64,000 bases of DNA from an uncultured Thermoleophilia bacterium (GTDB lineage: Bacteria > Actinomycetota > Thermoleophilia > UBA2241), in the NCBI GenBank assembly GCA_963702475.1, contig CAVPCT010000004.1, forward strand, positions 416,001 to 480,000, in the 5' to 3' direction. The position numbers were made by a program, and so were the translations under genes. Shown in pieces: positions 18,651 to 28,076 of the stretch. The notes below the pieces were generated by a model. It worked only from the letters and a program-made list of their open reading frames with translations. It was not told the origin of the DNA and did no database searches. The stretch's first letter is position 1. Every line of letters starts with the position of its first letter.

Positions 18651-18832
18651 GCGGAGGGGCAGAAACGGCCTCGAGTCAGGATACGCGCCGCTCCGGAGCG
18701 GGGCAAACGCGGCGCTCTGCGTGCCCTGCAGCTTCGGGCGGCGGCGCGGTTCTCCTGCCTCGCCGCCGCCCGGCTCTTCCTCCCCGCGCGCCCCGGGGAC
18801 TGCCGTTCCTTGCGAGTCGTGGTACCCTCTAA

Positions 18833-18943
18833 CGCTCCAGATGAGGAACGAGGCGGCCCGCGGCGAAAGCTGTGACGGGCCGCCGCCGTGGTCCCCGGCC
18901 GTCCTCAAGCTCCGGCCCGGGCTGCCGACACAGATGCGGAGCG
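18833..18943 (+). ncRNA. Candidate structured cis-regulatory RNA in the 5' UTR of the NlpC/P60 gene
   Basis: Manually folded three-way junction with a GAAA tetraloop; no known family recognised (see findings). Confidence 0.35.
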
Positions 18944-18944
18944 C

Positions 18945-20165
18945 ATGACCAGACTCCCTCACAGACCCCTTCTCGCCATTCTCGCAGCCGGTGCGCTGCT
19001 GGCGTTCGCCGCGGCGAGCGCGCCCGGGGCCCTGGCCCAGAAGTACACCGACGTGACCAAGAAGCATTGGGCCTTCGCCGCCATCACCGCCGTGACGGAG
19101 CGCGGCCCCGAGGGCCACAAGGTGCTGGACGACTACGGCGACCGGTTCAAGCCTGAGGACCCCATCACCCGCGAGCTGCTGGCGCGGTCTCTCGTGCTCG
19201 CCTCCGGGCACTACGGCGAGCACCCGAAGCCCGTGGGCATCAAGGACATGAACGAGTCCGACCGGTACTGGGACGTGGTGCAGGTGGCCCTCGAGTACGG
19301 CTACATGCGGCTGGACGCCGAAGACGAGTTCAGGCCGCAGGAGCCCGTGCCCGCGTACCAGGCTGAGGCGGCCATCGTGCGCTGGCTGCAAGACAGGTAC
19401 ACCTCTGCCGACTGGTCGCTGCTCAAGACGCTCCGCGCGACCGAGTGGGAGCCCAACGACGGCTGGAAGCCGGACGTGCCGGTCTACTTCCCGTACACCG
19501 TCGCGGCACGCCAGCTCGAGCTGCGCTACAACCACCCCTCCGGAGAGGACGCGCACGAGACCTTGCCCACCGAGTCCATCGACCGTGCCGAGATCGCCCA
19601 CATGTTCCAGCGCGCCTACGCTCTGAGCGGTGACTGGCAGCTCTACGGTCTCGCCGACTACAAGAAGGTCACGTTCCCTGCGCTGAGCGACCGGCAGAAG
19701 GAGGTCGCCGCCTTCGCCCTGAAGTACATCGGCTATCCGTACGTGTGGGCCGGCGAGTACCCCACGAAGAAGTCGCCGTACGGCGCGCAGGCCTCCGGCG
19801 GGTTCGACTGCTCGGGCTTCGTCTTCTACGTCATGAAGATGCACTTCGACTACCCGATCACGGTCAACGAGCGTGGCGCCTCCGACATGGCGGAACGCGC
19901 CAAGCCGCGCATCACCCGCAAGAAGCTCCAGACGGGCGACCTCATCTTCTTCGCGCCGCAGGGACCCAAGTCCAAGGTGTCCACCATCTACCACGCCGGC
20001 CTTTACCTGGGGAACGGCTGGTTCATCCACTCCACCGGCTCGAGCGATGGCGTCCACCTGAACTCGCTGGACAGCTCCAGCTACTACAAGAAGTACTTCG
20101 CCTGGGGCCGGCGGCTGCTGGCGGATGACGAGCTGCCGCCGGCGCCGGACGCCGAGACGCCCTGA
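18945..20165 (+). CDS. Secreted NlpC/P60 (C40) peptidoglycan endopeptidase with SLH-like repeats
   Basis: YTDV..HWA...FKPEDPITR SLH-like; IGYPYVWAG, FDCSGF, GDLIFF, HAGLYLGNGWFIHS. Confidence 0.9.
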   Translation: MTRLPHRPLLAILAAGALLAFAAASAPGALAQKYTDVTKKHWAFAAITAVTERGPEGHKVLDDYGDRFKPEDPITRELLARSLVLASGHYGEHPKPVGIKDMNESDRYWDVVQVALEYGYMRLDAEDEFRPQEPVPAYQAEAAIVRWLQDRYTSADWSLLKTLRATEWEPNDGWKPDVPVYFPYTVAARQLELRYNHPSGEDAHETLPTESIDRAEIAHMFQRAYALSGDWQLYGLADYKKVTFPALSDRQKEVAAFALKYIGYPYVWAGEYPTKKSPYGAQASGGFDCSGFVFYVMKMHFDYPITVNERGASDMAERAKPRITRKKLQTGDLIFFAPQGPKSKVSTIYHAGLYLGNGWFIHSTGSSDGVHLNSLDSSSYYKKYFAWGRRLLADDELPPAPDAETP

Positions 20166-20262
20166 CGCGCGGGGCGGGTCGCGCCCTCGCGTGACCGGCG
20201 GCGACAGTCCGGGTGCCGGCCCCGGCGCCCCGGCGGCGTTGGGCATGGGCTACACTCCCTCG

Positions 20263-21027
20263 ATGCGCGGCCGCCGGGTCCTCCTCCTGCTCATCGTCCT
20301 GCTCGCCGCCATGGGTGTGCCGGCGTCGGCGGCGCAGGCCGTGGCCGGTGTCGCGCCGCCGCTCGTCGCTCCACACGTGTCGCTCCGTGCGCCGAAGAGC
20401 CCGTGGCTCGGCGATACGGTGCCGGTGACGATCTCGGTGGACCCGGCGCTGCCGGGCGCGCCCGTCTCGTTCGAGATCCTGCGCGCCGAAGGCTGGACCG
20501 AGGAGGCCACCGCCACGCTCGACACCGCCTCGCGGGCGCGCGTCGCCTGGAGTCCGGACTCGTACGGCCCGACGCGGCTGCGCGCGTCGCTGCCGGCCGG
20601 CGCCGGCCACGACGCCGCCTCGTCCGAGGAGCAGCGCGTGATCGTCAACCGGCCCAACCGGCACCGCGTGCCGTACAGGTACGCGCACTACCTCGTGAAC
20701 GTGCTGCACGAGTACAAGCTGTACTACTACGAGCACGGCGCCGTGGTGCGGAGCTTCGGCGTCGCACTCGGCCGGCCGGGGTACCGCACCCCCCTGGGGA
20801 CCTTCCGCATCTACGGCAAGCGCAAGCCGGCCGGCGGCGCCCTCGGCTCGTGCGCGATGTTCTACCGCCGCCGGGGAGGCATCGCCATCCACGGGACGAA
20901 CCAGCCCCATCTGCTGCGGCGCTTTCCGAGGCCGTTCTCGCACGGGTGCTCGCGCATGCGCAACGACGAGGCGCTGTGGCTGTACGCTCGCGTGCCGAGC
21001 GGGACGACGGTGCACAACGTCCGCTGA
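20263..21027 (+). CDS. L,D-transpeptidase (YkuD domain)
   Basis: TPLGTF, IAIHGT...SHGCSRM; signal peptide; TACACT 6 nt before the ATG. Confidence 0.9.
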   Translation: MRGRRVLLLLIVLLAAMGVPASAAQAVAGVAPPLVAPHVSLRAPKSPWLGDTVPVTISVDPALPGAPVSFEILRAEGWTEEATATLDTASRARVAWSPDSYGPTRLRASLPAGAGHDAASSEEQRVIVNRPNRHRVPYRYAHYLVNVLHEYKLYYYEHGAVVRSFGVALGRPGYRTPLGTFRIYGKRKPAGGALGSCAMFYRRRGGIAIHGTNQPHLLRRFPRPFSHGCSRMRNDEALWLYARVPSGTTVHNVR

Positions 21028-21102
21028 CCGCCGGGCGGCCTCTGGTCGCCCACGGCCACGGTGCCGTAGACTCTTGAGCGGTCGAACGCTCAGGAGGGAG
21101 CC

Positions 21103-22152
21103 GTGCGGTCGTTCATCAGATCACTCGCGCCGGCAGTGCTCGCACTCGCACTCGCGACCGCTGTGCTGGCTGCGGGCGCCGGTGTGTCCGCGGCTTCCGC
21201 GCAGCCCCGCGATCCCGGTCTTACGCTGCAGGCCGCACCGGGCGCCCTCAAGTACGGCGAGAGCGTGCGTCTGCAGGTCCACCTCAGTGCTTCGGGAGTC
21301 CAGGTCCAGCTCAGCCGGGCGTCCGCCGGCGACGCGGTGTTCGCGCCGCTGCGGACGCTCGTGACGGACGGCCGGGGTGACGCGAGCTGGGCCGACACCC
21401 CGTCGGGCAGCTCCGTCTACAGGGTCGACTTCGCCGGCGACGGGACGTGGGGGGCAGGCAGCGCCGAGACGAGCGTCACCGTCAAGGCGAAGGTCTTGCT
21501 CTCCACGAGCTCCGGAGCCAAGGTCGCTGCCGGCGACGCCGTCACCGTGAGGGTGGGCATCTCGCCCGCTGTCGCCGCGGCGCCGGTCACCCTCCAGGAG
21601 TGGGACGCCGCGCGCGGGTCGTGGCGGACGCTGGCGACGGTGACGCCCGACGGCCAGGGGCTGGCGCGGTGGGCGTGGCGGCCGAGCGAGCTCGGTCGCC
21701 ATCGGCTCCGCGCCGTCCTCAGCGCCTCTGCGGCGTCGCCCCTCTCGACCAGCGGCGTCCGCAGCGTCCACGTGTACGACCGGAGCGATCCCTACGGGGT
21801 GCCCGCGTCGTATGCGCACCTCATCCTCGTCGATCTCTCACAGTACAAGCTCTACTACTACGAGCACGGGCGGGTGGTCCGCACGTTCGCATGCGTCCTG
21901 GGCAGGCCGTCGCTGCCCACGCCGAAGGGTCACTTCAAGATCTACGCCAAGGATCCGAGCATGTACGGTCCGTACGGCCCGCGCCGCATGCGCTACCTCG
22001 GGCTCTACGCCATCCACGGCACCAACGAGCCGTGGCTGCTGGATCGTTGGCCGCGCAACTACTCTCACGGCTGCACGCGCCTCTCCAACGCGAACATCGT
22101 CTGGCTGTTCGACCGGGTGCACGTCGGCACGCCGGTCTGGAACGTGCCTTGA
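21103..22152 (+). CDS. L,D-transpeptidase (YkuD domain) with Ig-like N-terminal region
   Basis: TPKGHF, YAIHGT...SHGCTRL; signal peptide. Confidence 0.9.
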   Translation: MRSFIRSLAPAVLALALATAVLAAGAGVSAASAQPRDPGLTLQAAPGALKYGESVRLQVHLSASGVQVQLSRASAGDAVFAPLRTLVTDGRGDASWADTPSGSSVYRVDFAGDGTWGAGSAETSVTVKAKVLLSTSSGAKVAAGDAVTVRVGISPAVAAAPVTLQEWDAARGSWRTLATVTPDGQGLARWAWRPSELGRHRLRAVLSASAASPLSTSGVRSVHVYDRSDPYGVPASYAHLILVDLSQYKLYYYEHGRVVRTFACVLGRPSLPTPKGHFKIYAKDPSMYGPYGPRRMRYLGLYAIHGTNEPWLLDRWPRNYSHGCTRLSNANIVWLFDRVHVGTPVWNVP

Positions 22153-22243
22153 CCTGGGCCGCCGGGCTGGGCCGACCGGGGGGATCACCCCCTTCGGGTA
22201 GCGCCGCGCGCGTCCGCGGGCGGCGCGCCGCCGACCGCGCGCG

Positions 22244-23254
22244 TCAGACCTGCGTGTCGAGCTCCGCGTACTGCCGCGTGTAGAACTCGCGCCACTCCCC
22301 GGACTTGAGCGGCCGCCACCACTCCGGGTGGTCGCGGTACCAAGCGACGGTACGCGCGAGGCCCGCCTCGAACGTCACTTCAGGGCGCCACCCCAAAGCC
22401 CGGAGCTTCGAGCAGTCGATAGCGTAGCGCCTGTCGTGCCCCGGGCGGTCGGCCACGTAGCGGATGAGGTCCGTGCCCTTGCCGAGCAGCTCGAGGATGC
22501 GGTGCGTCAGGGTGAGGTTCTGCACCTCGTTGCCGCCGCCGATGTTGTAGACCTGCCCGGGCATGCCCTCGCGCAGCACCAGGTCGATGCCCGCGCAATT
22601 GTCGTCCACGTACAGCCAGTCGCGCACGTTGAGCCCGTCGCCGTACACCGGCAGCGGCCGGTCGTCGATGGCGTTGGTGATGAACAGCGGCACGATCTTC
22701 TCCGGATACTGGTACGCCCCGTAGTTGTTGGAGCTGCGGGTGATGAGGACGGGAGTGCCATAGGTCCTGTGGTAGGCGAGCACGAGGAGGTCTGCCCCCG
22801 CCTTGCTCGCGGAGTACGGACTGGAGGGGTCGAGGTCCGACTCCTCGGTGAAGGCGCCGGTCTCCGTGCTCCCATAGACTTCATCGGTGCCGATCTGCAG
22901 GTAGCGCGGGATCTCCAGAGCGCGCACGGCCTCGAGCAGCGTGTGCGTGCCCAGGACGTCTGTGCTGATGAAGTCCTGCGGCCCGCTGATGGAGCGGTCC
23001 ACGTGGGTCTCGGCGGCGAAGTTCACGACGGCGTCGGCGTTGCGTAGCACTCCGCCGACCATGGCCGCATCGCAGATGTCGCCACGCACGAACGTGTACC
23101 GTGGGTCGTCCTGCACGTCGCGCAGGTTCTGCAGGTTGCCGGCGTACGTGAGCTTGTCGAGGTTCACGATCTCGACATCGTCGTGCCGCCGCAACATGAA
23201 GCGCACGAAGTTGGAGCCGATGAAGCCGGCGCCGCCTGTGACCACGAGTCTCAC
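22244..23254 (-). CDS. rmlB: dTDP-glucose 4,6-dehydratase
   Basis: TGGAGFIGSN, DKLTYAGN, AETHVDRSI, TDEVYG, YSASK, DRPGHDRRY. Confidence 0.97.
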   Translation of the reverse strand: MRLVVTGGAGFIGSNFVRFMLRRHDDVEIVNLDKLTYAGNLQNLRDVQDDPRYTFVRGDICDAAMVGGVLRNADAVVNFAAETHVDRSISGPQDFISTDVLGTHTLLEAVRALEIPRYLQIGTDEVYGSTETGAFTEESDLDPSSPYSASKAGADLLVLAYHRTYGTPVLITRSSNNYGAYQYPEKIVPLFITNAIDDRPLPVYGDGLNVRDWLYVDDNCAGIDLVLREGMPGQVYNIGGGNEVQNLTLTHRILELLGKGTDLIRYVADRPGHDRRYAIDCSKLRALGWRPEVTFEAGLARTVAWYRDHPEWWRPLKSGEWREFYTRQYAELDTQV

Positions 23255-23297
23255 GTGCCTTCCTCCTTGTCGGGGCGCCGGGCGGACGGCAGACCGA

Positions 23298-24203
23298 TCA
23301 GCCCCGCGGGATCAGCCGGTCGACGCACTCGGCCACGCCGTCGGCCCAGTGCGGGAGCCGCGGGATGGGCCGTTCGCTGACGAGCGCGGAGAAGGCGGGC
23401 CGCGGTGCCGGCCGGCCCGCCTCTTGGGTGGTGATCGGCAGGACGTCGACGGCCATGCCGGCGAGCTCGACGACCTCGCGGGCGAGTTCGCACCAGGAGC
23501 AGTAGCCGCCCCCGGCCATGTGGTAGATGCCGGGCCCGAGGCCATGGGTGAGGGCCTCGGCGATGCCCGCCGCCAGATGTGCGGCGTAGGTGGGCGAGCC
23601 GACCTGGTCGTCCACGACCCTCAGCGGCTCGCCGGCCGCGGCCTTCTCCCGGCCAACGCGCAGGATCGTCTTCACGAAGTTGTGGCCGGTCTCGCTGAAC
23701 AGCCAGGCGGTGCGGATGGAGATGCCTCGTGCGCACTCGAGCACGGCGTGCTCGCCTTCGAGCTTGGTGCGGCCGTACACGCTGAGCGGGTGGGTGGGGT
23801 CGCTCTCCACGTACGGCGAGCCCTTGGTGCCGTCGAAGACGTAGTCGGAGCTGATGTAGACGAGCGAGGTGTGTGTACCGCGCACGGCCCGCACCACGTT
23901 GCGCGTGCCCTGCACGTTGACGGCCTCGGCCACCTTCGGGTCGGCCTCGGCCCCGTCCACGTCGGTGTACGCAGCCGCGTGGACGACGACGTCCGGCGCG
24001 AACGCATGCACCGCCGTGTACACGGCGACCTCGTCGCGGATGTCGAGCGCCTCTTCGTGGCTCAAGAAGACGTCGCCCTCGAGCACGGCGGCCAGGGCGG
24101 TGGCCAGCTGGCCGCCGGCGCCTGTGACGAACCAGCGCGTGGCCTCGCGGAGCGGTGACCCTCCGGCGCCCCGCTCGATAGCATCCCTTCGGAGGCTATT
24201 CAC
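23298..24203 (-). CDS. rmlD: dTDP-4-dehydrorhamnose reductase
   Basis: TGAGGQL, AAYTDVD, SSDYVFDG, YGRTK, DQVGSPT; start approximate. Confidence 0.93.
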   Translation of the reverse strand: MNSLRRDAIERGAGGSPLREATRWFVTGAGGQLATALAAVLEGDVFLSHEEALDIRDEVAVYTAVHAFAPDVVVHAAAYTDVDGAEADPKVAEAVNVQGTRNVVRAVRGTHTSLVYISSDYVFDGTKGSPYVESDPTHPLSVYGRTKLEGEHAVLECARGISIRTAWLFSETGHNFVKTILRVGREKAAAGEPLRVVDDQVGSPTYAAHLAAGIAEALTHGLGPGIYHMAGGGYCSWCELAREVVELAGMAVDVLPITTQEAGRPAPRPAFSALVSERPIPRLPHWADGVAECVDRLIPRG

Positions 24204-24225
24204 GGCAGGTGACCCGTGCCCGGTC

Positions 24226-24714
24226 TCACCGTAGCCGCACGCCCCAGTCGTAGGCGATCGCGGGCGTGTCGTGCGGCAGCTCGTGCTGGTCTGGAGCGTC
24301 GTACTTGTAGACCTCTGTCGGCGCGTTGACGATGTAGGCCTCCTCCTGGCTGACGCACTTCCAGCCATGCCAGAGGCCCGGGGGTACGCGCACCAGCAGG
24401 GGGTTGTGCTCGCCGAGGAAGAACTGGTCGATCTGGCCGGCCGTCGGCGAGGCCGGCTGTCCGGGCGCGGCGGCCTCTCCCTTCACGCCGCGCCCGTCGA
24501 AGAGCACGAGTTTGACCATGCCCTTGACGCACACGATGTTGTCCCACTGCTCCTCGTGCAGGTGCCAGCCCTTCACGACCCCGGGGAACGTGGTCGTCAT
24601 GTAGAACTGCCCGAAGCGGACGAAAAGGTCGTCGTCGCAGCGCAGGCATTCCATGAGTCGGCCGCGCTCGTCGGGGATGACCTTGAGCTTCTTGACCACG
24701 ACGCCGTCGATCAT
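24226..24714 (-). CDS. rmlC: dTDP-4-dehydrorhamnose 3,5-epimerase family
   Basis: MIDGV..DERG, GVVKGWHLH, VPPGLWHG. Confidence 0.9.
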   Translation of the reverse strand: MIDGVVVKKLKVIPDERGRLMECLRCDDDLFVRFGQFYMTTTFPGVVKGWHLHEEQWDNIVCVKGMVKLVLFDGRGVKGEAAAPGQPASPTAGQIDQFFLGEHNPLLVRVPPGLWHGWKCVSQEEAYIVNAPTEVYKYDAPDQHELPHDTPAIAYDWGVRLR

Positions 24715-24736
24715 GCTGGTCCTCTCCGCGGTCGAC

Positions 24737-25798
24737 CTACAGGATGCCGATTCGGCACGAGTCGCCCACCATGAAGCGGTAAGCCACCGGGCGAGCGGCG
24801 CTGTGCGCAATGACGCAATCGCGGCCGATGAGGCTGTCGCACATGCGCGTGCCGAGGTGCGAGATGCGGCTGTTCTCGAGGATGATGGAATGTTCGATCT
24901 CGCTGGACTCGACCACGACGCCGTCGCTGATCGCGGTGTACGGCCCGATGAAGGCGTCGGTGAGGCGGCAGCCCGCTCCGATGACGACCGGGCCACGGAC
25001 GGTGCAGCGTGTGAGGACGCTGCCCGCGCCGATCTGCACCGGCCCCTCGACGTCGCAGTCGTCGGCCTGCCCCTCGATGCGGCGCTCGATAGTGCCCAGG
25101 ATCAGGCGGTTGGCCTCGAGCATGTCCTCGAGCTTGCCCGTGTCCTTCCACCAGCCACGCACCACGTGCGGCTCGACGCGCAGGCCTCGGTCGATCATGT
25201 GCTGGATGGCGTCGGTGATCTCGAGCTCGCCGCGGGCCGACGGTGTGATGGCCTTCACGCTTGCGAAGACGGCCGGCGTGAAGAGGTACACGCCGACCAG
25301 AGCGAGGTCGCTGTGCGGCTCGGCGGGCTTCTCCACGAGCCGCACCACGCGGCCGTCGTCGAGCTCCGCGATCCCGTACGACTTGGGATCCGCGACCTGC
25401 TGGAGGAGAATGAGGGCGTCTGGCCCACTCTCCTGAAAGTCGCGCACGAACGGGGCGATGCCCTCCTTGAGGAGGTTGTCGCCCAGGTACATGACGAACG
25501 GGCTGCCGCCCAGATAGGCCTCGCTGATGAGCACCGCGTGCGCGAGGCCCAGCGGAGCCTCCTGCTGCAAGTAGGTGACGGTGAGGCCGAAGCGAGCGCC
25601 GTCGCCGACGGCTGCCTCGATCTCGGCGTGCGTCTCACCGACCACGATGCCGACCTCGGTGATGCCGGCGGCACGCATGGCCTCGAGCCCGTAGAACAGC
25701 ACCGGCTTGTTGGCCACTGGCACGAGCTGCTTCGCGGACGTGTGGGTGATGGGGCGCAGACGGGTGCCGGCGCCGCCGCTGAGGATGAGTCCCTTCAT
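24737..25798 (-). CDS. rmlA: Glucose-1-phosphate thymidylyltransferase (long form)
   Basis: LSGGAGTRLRPIT, KQLVPVANKP, PSARGELEITD; C-terminal beta-helix. Confidence 0.96.
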   Translation of the reverse strand: MKGLILSGGAGTRLRPITHTSAKQLVPVANKPVLFYGLEAMRAAGITEVGIVVGETHAEIEAAVGDGARFGLTVTYLQQEAPLGLAHAVLISEAYLGGSPFVMYLGDNLLKEGIAPFVRDFQESGPDALILLQQVADPKSYGIAELDDGRVVRLVEKPAEPHSDLALVGVYLFTPAVFASVKAITPSARGELEITDAIQHMIDRGLRVEPHVVRGWWKDTGKLEDMLEANRLILGTIERRIEGQADDCDVEGPVQIGAGSVLTRCTVRGPVVIGAGCRLTDAFIGPYTAISDGVVVESSEIEHSIILENSRISHLGTRMCDSLIGRDCVIAHSAARPVAYRFMVGDSCRIGIL

Positions 25799-25817
25799 GG
25801 GCCGAGCCCTCCGGGTC

Positions 25818-26093
25818 TCAGATGGTCTCGTCGCCGGTGAGTTCGGCGTCTGTCTCGGTGGAGAGCAGGTCGAGTACGCGGCGCTCGTCCACCGCCTTGC
25901 CGACGAACACGACGTTGGGGCCGGCATACAGGGTCACCCGGGCGCCGACGGGCAGCGCCAGCTCGGCGCCCTCGAGCACGATGTTGGTGAGCGTGGAGTG
26001 CTCCACGTCTCGTTCGACCTCGCAGCTGTCGATGGCGAACGGCTGCGCCTCACCGATCTGCAGGCGAGGTTCCCTGTCGGCCTCTATCCTCAC
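25818..26093 (-). CDS. Hypothetical protein (91 aa)
   Basis: Clean coding-like ORF; TATACT 7 nt before the GTG; first gene ahead of rmlA. Confidence 0.7.
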   Translation of the reverse strand: MRIEADREPRLQIGEAQPFAIDSCEVERDVEHSTLTNIVLEGAELALPVGARVTLYAGPNVVFVGKAVDERRVLDLLSTETDAELTGDETI

Positions 26094-26138
26094 GGGCGAG
26101 AGTATAGCAGCAGGGCGTAAGGGCGCCGTGGGCGCCTG

Positions 26139-26642
26139 TCAGGTGGCGAAGCTCAAGTAGGGGCGCCAGCTCTCGTGGATGTGATCGACGTGAAGGTACA
26201 CGAAGGCGGCCGGCTCCGGCGGACGAGGCCTGCGCGCCAGGCGCAGTCCCGCTGCGTTCGCCGGCCTGTCGCCTTTCTTGCGGTTGCACGGGGCGCACGA
26301 GGTCACGAGGTTGTCCCACGTGTCGGCGCCGCCCTTGGAGCGCGGTACGACGTGGTCCACCGTGAGGTGCCGGTCGCTGCCGCAGTACTGGCAGCGGTGG
26401 CGGTCCCGCGCGAACACGGCCCGGCGTGAGATGCGCGCCGAGGCGCGGTGACGCGGGATGCTCACGTAGGCACGCAGGCGGATAACTGAGGGCAGGTCGT
26501 GCGCTGCGTGCTCGCTGCGAAAAGCGGCGCCGGACAGCTCCAGCACCTCGGCCTTGTCCTTGAGGAGGAGCACCAGTGCGCGACGCACGCTGCAGACGTT
26601 CAGCGGCTCGTAGGTGGTGTTCAGGACAAGCACCTTCCGCAT
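26139..26642 (-). CDS. HNH endonuclease (McrA-like)
   Basis: KVLVLNTTYEPL, RDRHRCQYCG, TVDHVVPRSKGG, WDNLVTSCAPCNRKK. Confidence 0.93.
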   Translation of the reverse strand: MRKVLVLNTTYEPLNVCSVRRALVLLLKDKAEVLELSGAAFRSEHAAHDLPSVIRLRAYVSIPRHRASARISRRAVFARDRHRCQYCGSDRHLTVDHVVPRSKGGADTWDNLVTSCAPCNRKKGDRPANAAGLRLARRPRPPEPAAFVYLHVDHIHESWRPYLSFAT

Positions 26643-26720
26643 CGTGGACGATGGTAACAGAAACGCGTGCGCGCGTGACCACGGAGTCGGCGGTCCGGGT
26701 CGCGTCGGTATACTCCGGGT

Positions 26721-28076
26721 GTGGACCTCTTTTCGATGAGCGACGAGCAGGTCGCGGCCGAGGCGCCGCTGGCGGCGCGCATGCGGCCGCGCACTATCGC
26801 CGAGTTCGCCGGCCAGGAGCACATCGTGGGCCCGGGGACGGTGCTGCGCGCCGCCGTCGAGGGCGGCGCGCTCTTCAGCATGCTCTTCTTCGGGCCGCCG
26901 GGCTGCGGTAAGACGACGCTGGCGCGGCTCATCGCTCGCCAGACCGGGGCGCGCCTCGTGCAGCTCTCGGCCGTCAGCTCTGGGACGGCCGACGTGCGGG
27001 CCGCGATCCAGGGCGCGCGCGAGGCGCGCGCCCTCAGCGCGGCCCGCACCGTCCTCTTCATCGACGAGATCCATCGCTTCAACAAGGCGCAACAGGATGC
27101 TCTGCTCCCGGCGATCGAGGACGGGATCGTCGCGCTCATCGGGGCGACTACCGAGAACCCCTACTTCGAGGTCAACTCCGCCCTGCTCTCCCGCTGTCAG
27201 CTGTACCGCTTCGAACCGCTGGACGCGGAGCTGGTGGAGCATGTGGTGCAGGCCGCGCTGGACGACGGCGAGCGCGGCCTGGGCGGCAAAGGCGTCACGC
27301 TCGACCCGGGCGGCCTCGCTTTCCTCTCCCGGATCTCGCGCGGCGACGCGCGCGTCGCGCTCAACGCGCTCGAGACAGCGTGGCGCTCCCGGGCCGCCGC
27401 GGCGCCGGCCGCGCCCGTCACCCTCACGGTGGACGACCTCCGCGACGCCGCCCAGAAGAGCCCGGTCTCCTACGACCGCGACGACGCCCACTACGACACC
27501 ATCTCGGCGTTCATCAAGAGCATGCGTGGCAGCGACCCCGACGCCGCCGTCTACTACCTTGCCTCGATGATCGCCGGCGGGGAGGACCCTCGGTTCCTCG
27601 CGCGGCGCATGATCGTGTTCGCCAGCGAGGACGTCGGCAACGCCGATCCGCGCGCGCTCGAGGTCGCAGTCGCCGCGTCGCGTGCAGTGGAGTGGGTCGG
27701 CCTGCCGGAGTGCCGTATCACGCTCAGCCAGGCGGCGACGTACCTCGCCCTCGCGCCCAAGAGCAACGCAGCGTACAAAGCCATCGACGCGGCGCTCGAG
27801 GACGTGCGGAGGCAGGGCAATCTGCCTCCGCCGCCGCACCTGCGCAGCTCCAACTATCGCGGGGCCGAGCAGCTGGGCCACGGCAAGGGCTACGAGTACC
27901 CGCACGGTCGCGGCGGCTGGGTCAAGCAGCAGTATCTGCCCGACGAGCTCTCAGGCCGCCGGTACTACGTGCCGATACGCGGAGTCGAGTGGAAGATGGC
28001 GGCCCGCCTCGAAGAAGACAAGCGGCGGGCCGCAGCAGCGGACGCGCCGACGGGATCCGGAGTCGCAGATGAGTAG
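26721..28076 (+). CDS. rarA: Replication-associated recombination protein A (RarA/MgsA)
   Basis: PLAARMRP, GPPGCGKTT, DEIHRFNKAQQD, SAFIKSMRGSD, ASEDVGNADP. Confidence 0.96.
   Translation: MDLFSMSDEQVAAEAPLAARMRPRTIAEFAGQEHIVGPGTVLRAAVEGGALFSMLFFGPPGCGKTTLARLIARQTGARLVQLSAVSSGTADVRAAIQGAREARALSAARTVLFIDEIHRFNKAQQDALLPAIEDGIVALIGATTENPYFEVNSALLSRCQLYRFEPLDAELVEHVVQAALDDGERGLGGKGVTLDPGGLAFLSRISRGDARVALNALETAWRSRAAAAPAAPVTLTVDDLRDAAQKSPVSYDRDDAHYDTISAFIKSMRGSDPDAAVYYLASMIAGGEDPRFLARRMIVFASEDVGNADPRALEVAVAASRAVEWVGLPECRITLSQAATYLALAPKSNAAYKAIDAALEDVRRQGNLPPPPHLRSSNYRGAEQLGHGKGYEYPHGRGGWVKQQYLPDELSGRRYYVPIRGVEWKMAARLEEDKRRAAAADAPTGSGVADE

Noticed and set aside
18838-18870. CAGATGAG...CGAAA looks like a hammerhead ribozyme core
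   Set aside because: The core requires CUGAnGA; here it is CAGAUGA, and the stem arrangement does not fit.
17157-20246. 1029-aa ORF in the track
   Set aside because: Only 17157-18650 is coding; the rest is the antisense shadow of the NlpC/P60 gene in high-GC DNA.
26139-26642. HNH as a mobile element or defence system
   Set aside because: Typical stand-alone chromosomal HNH type; no methylase, integrase, transposase or terminal repeats nearby.
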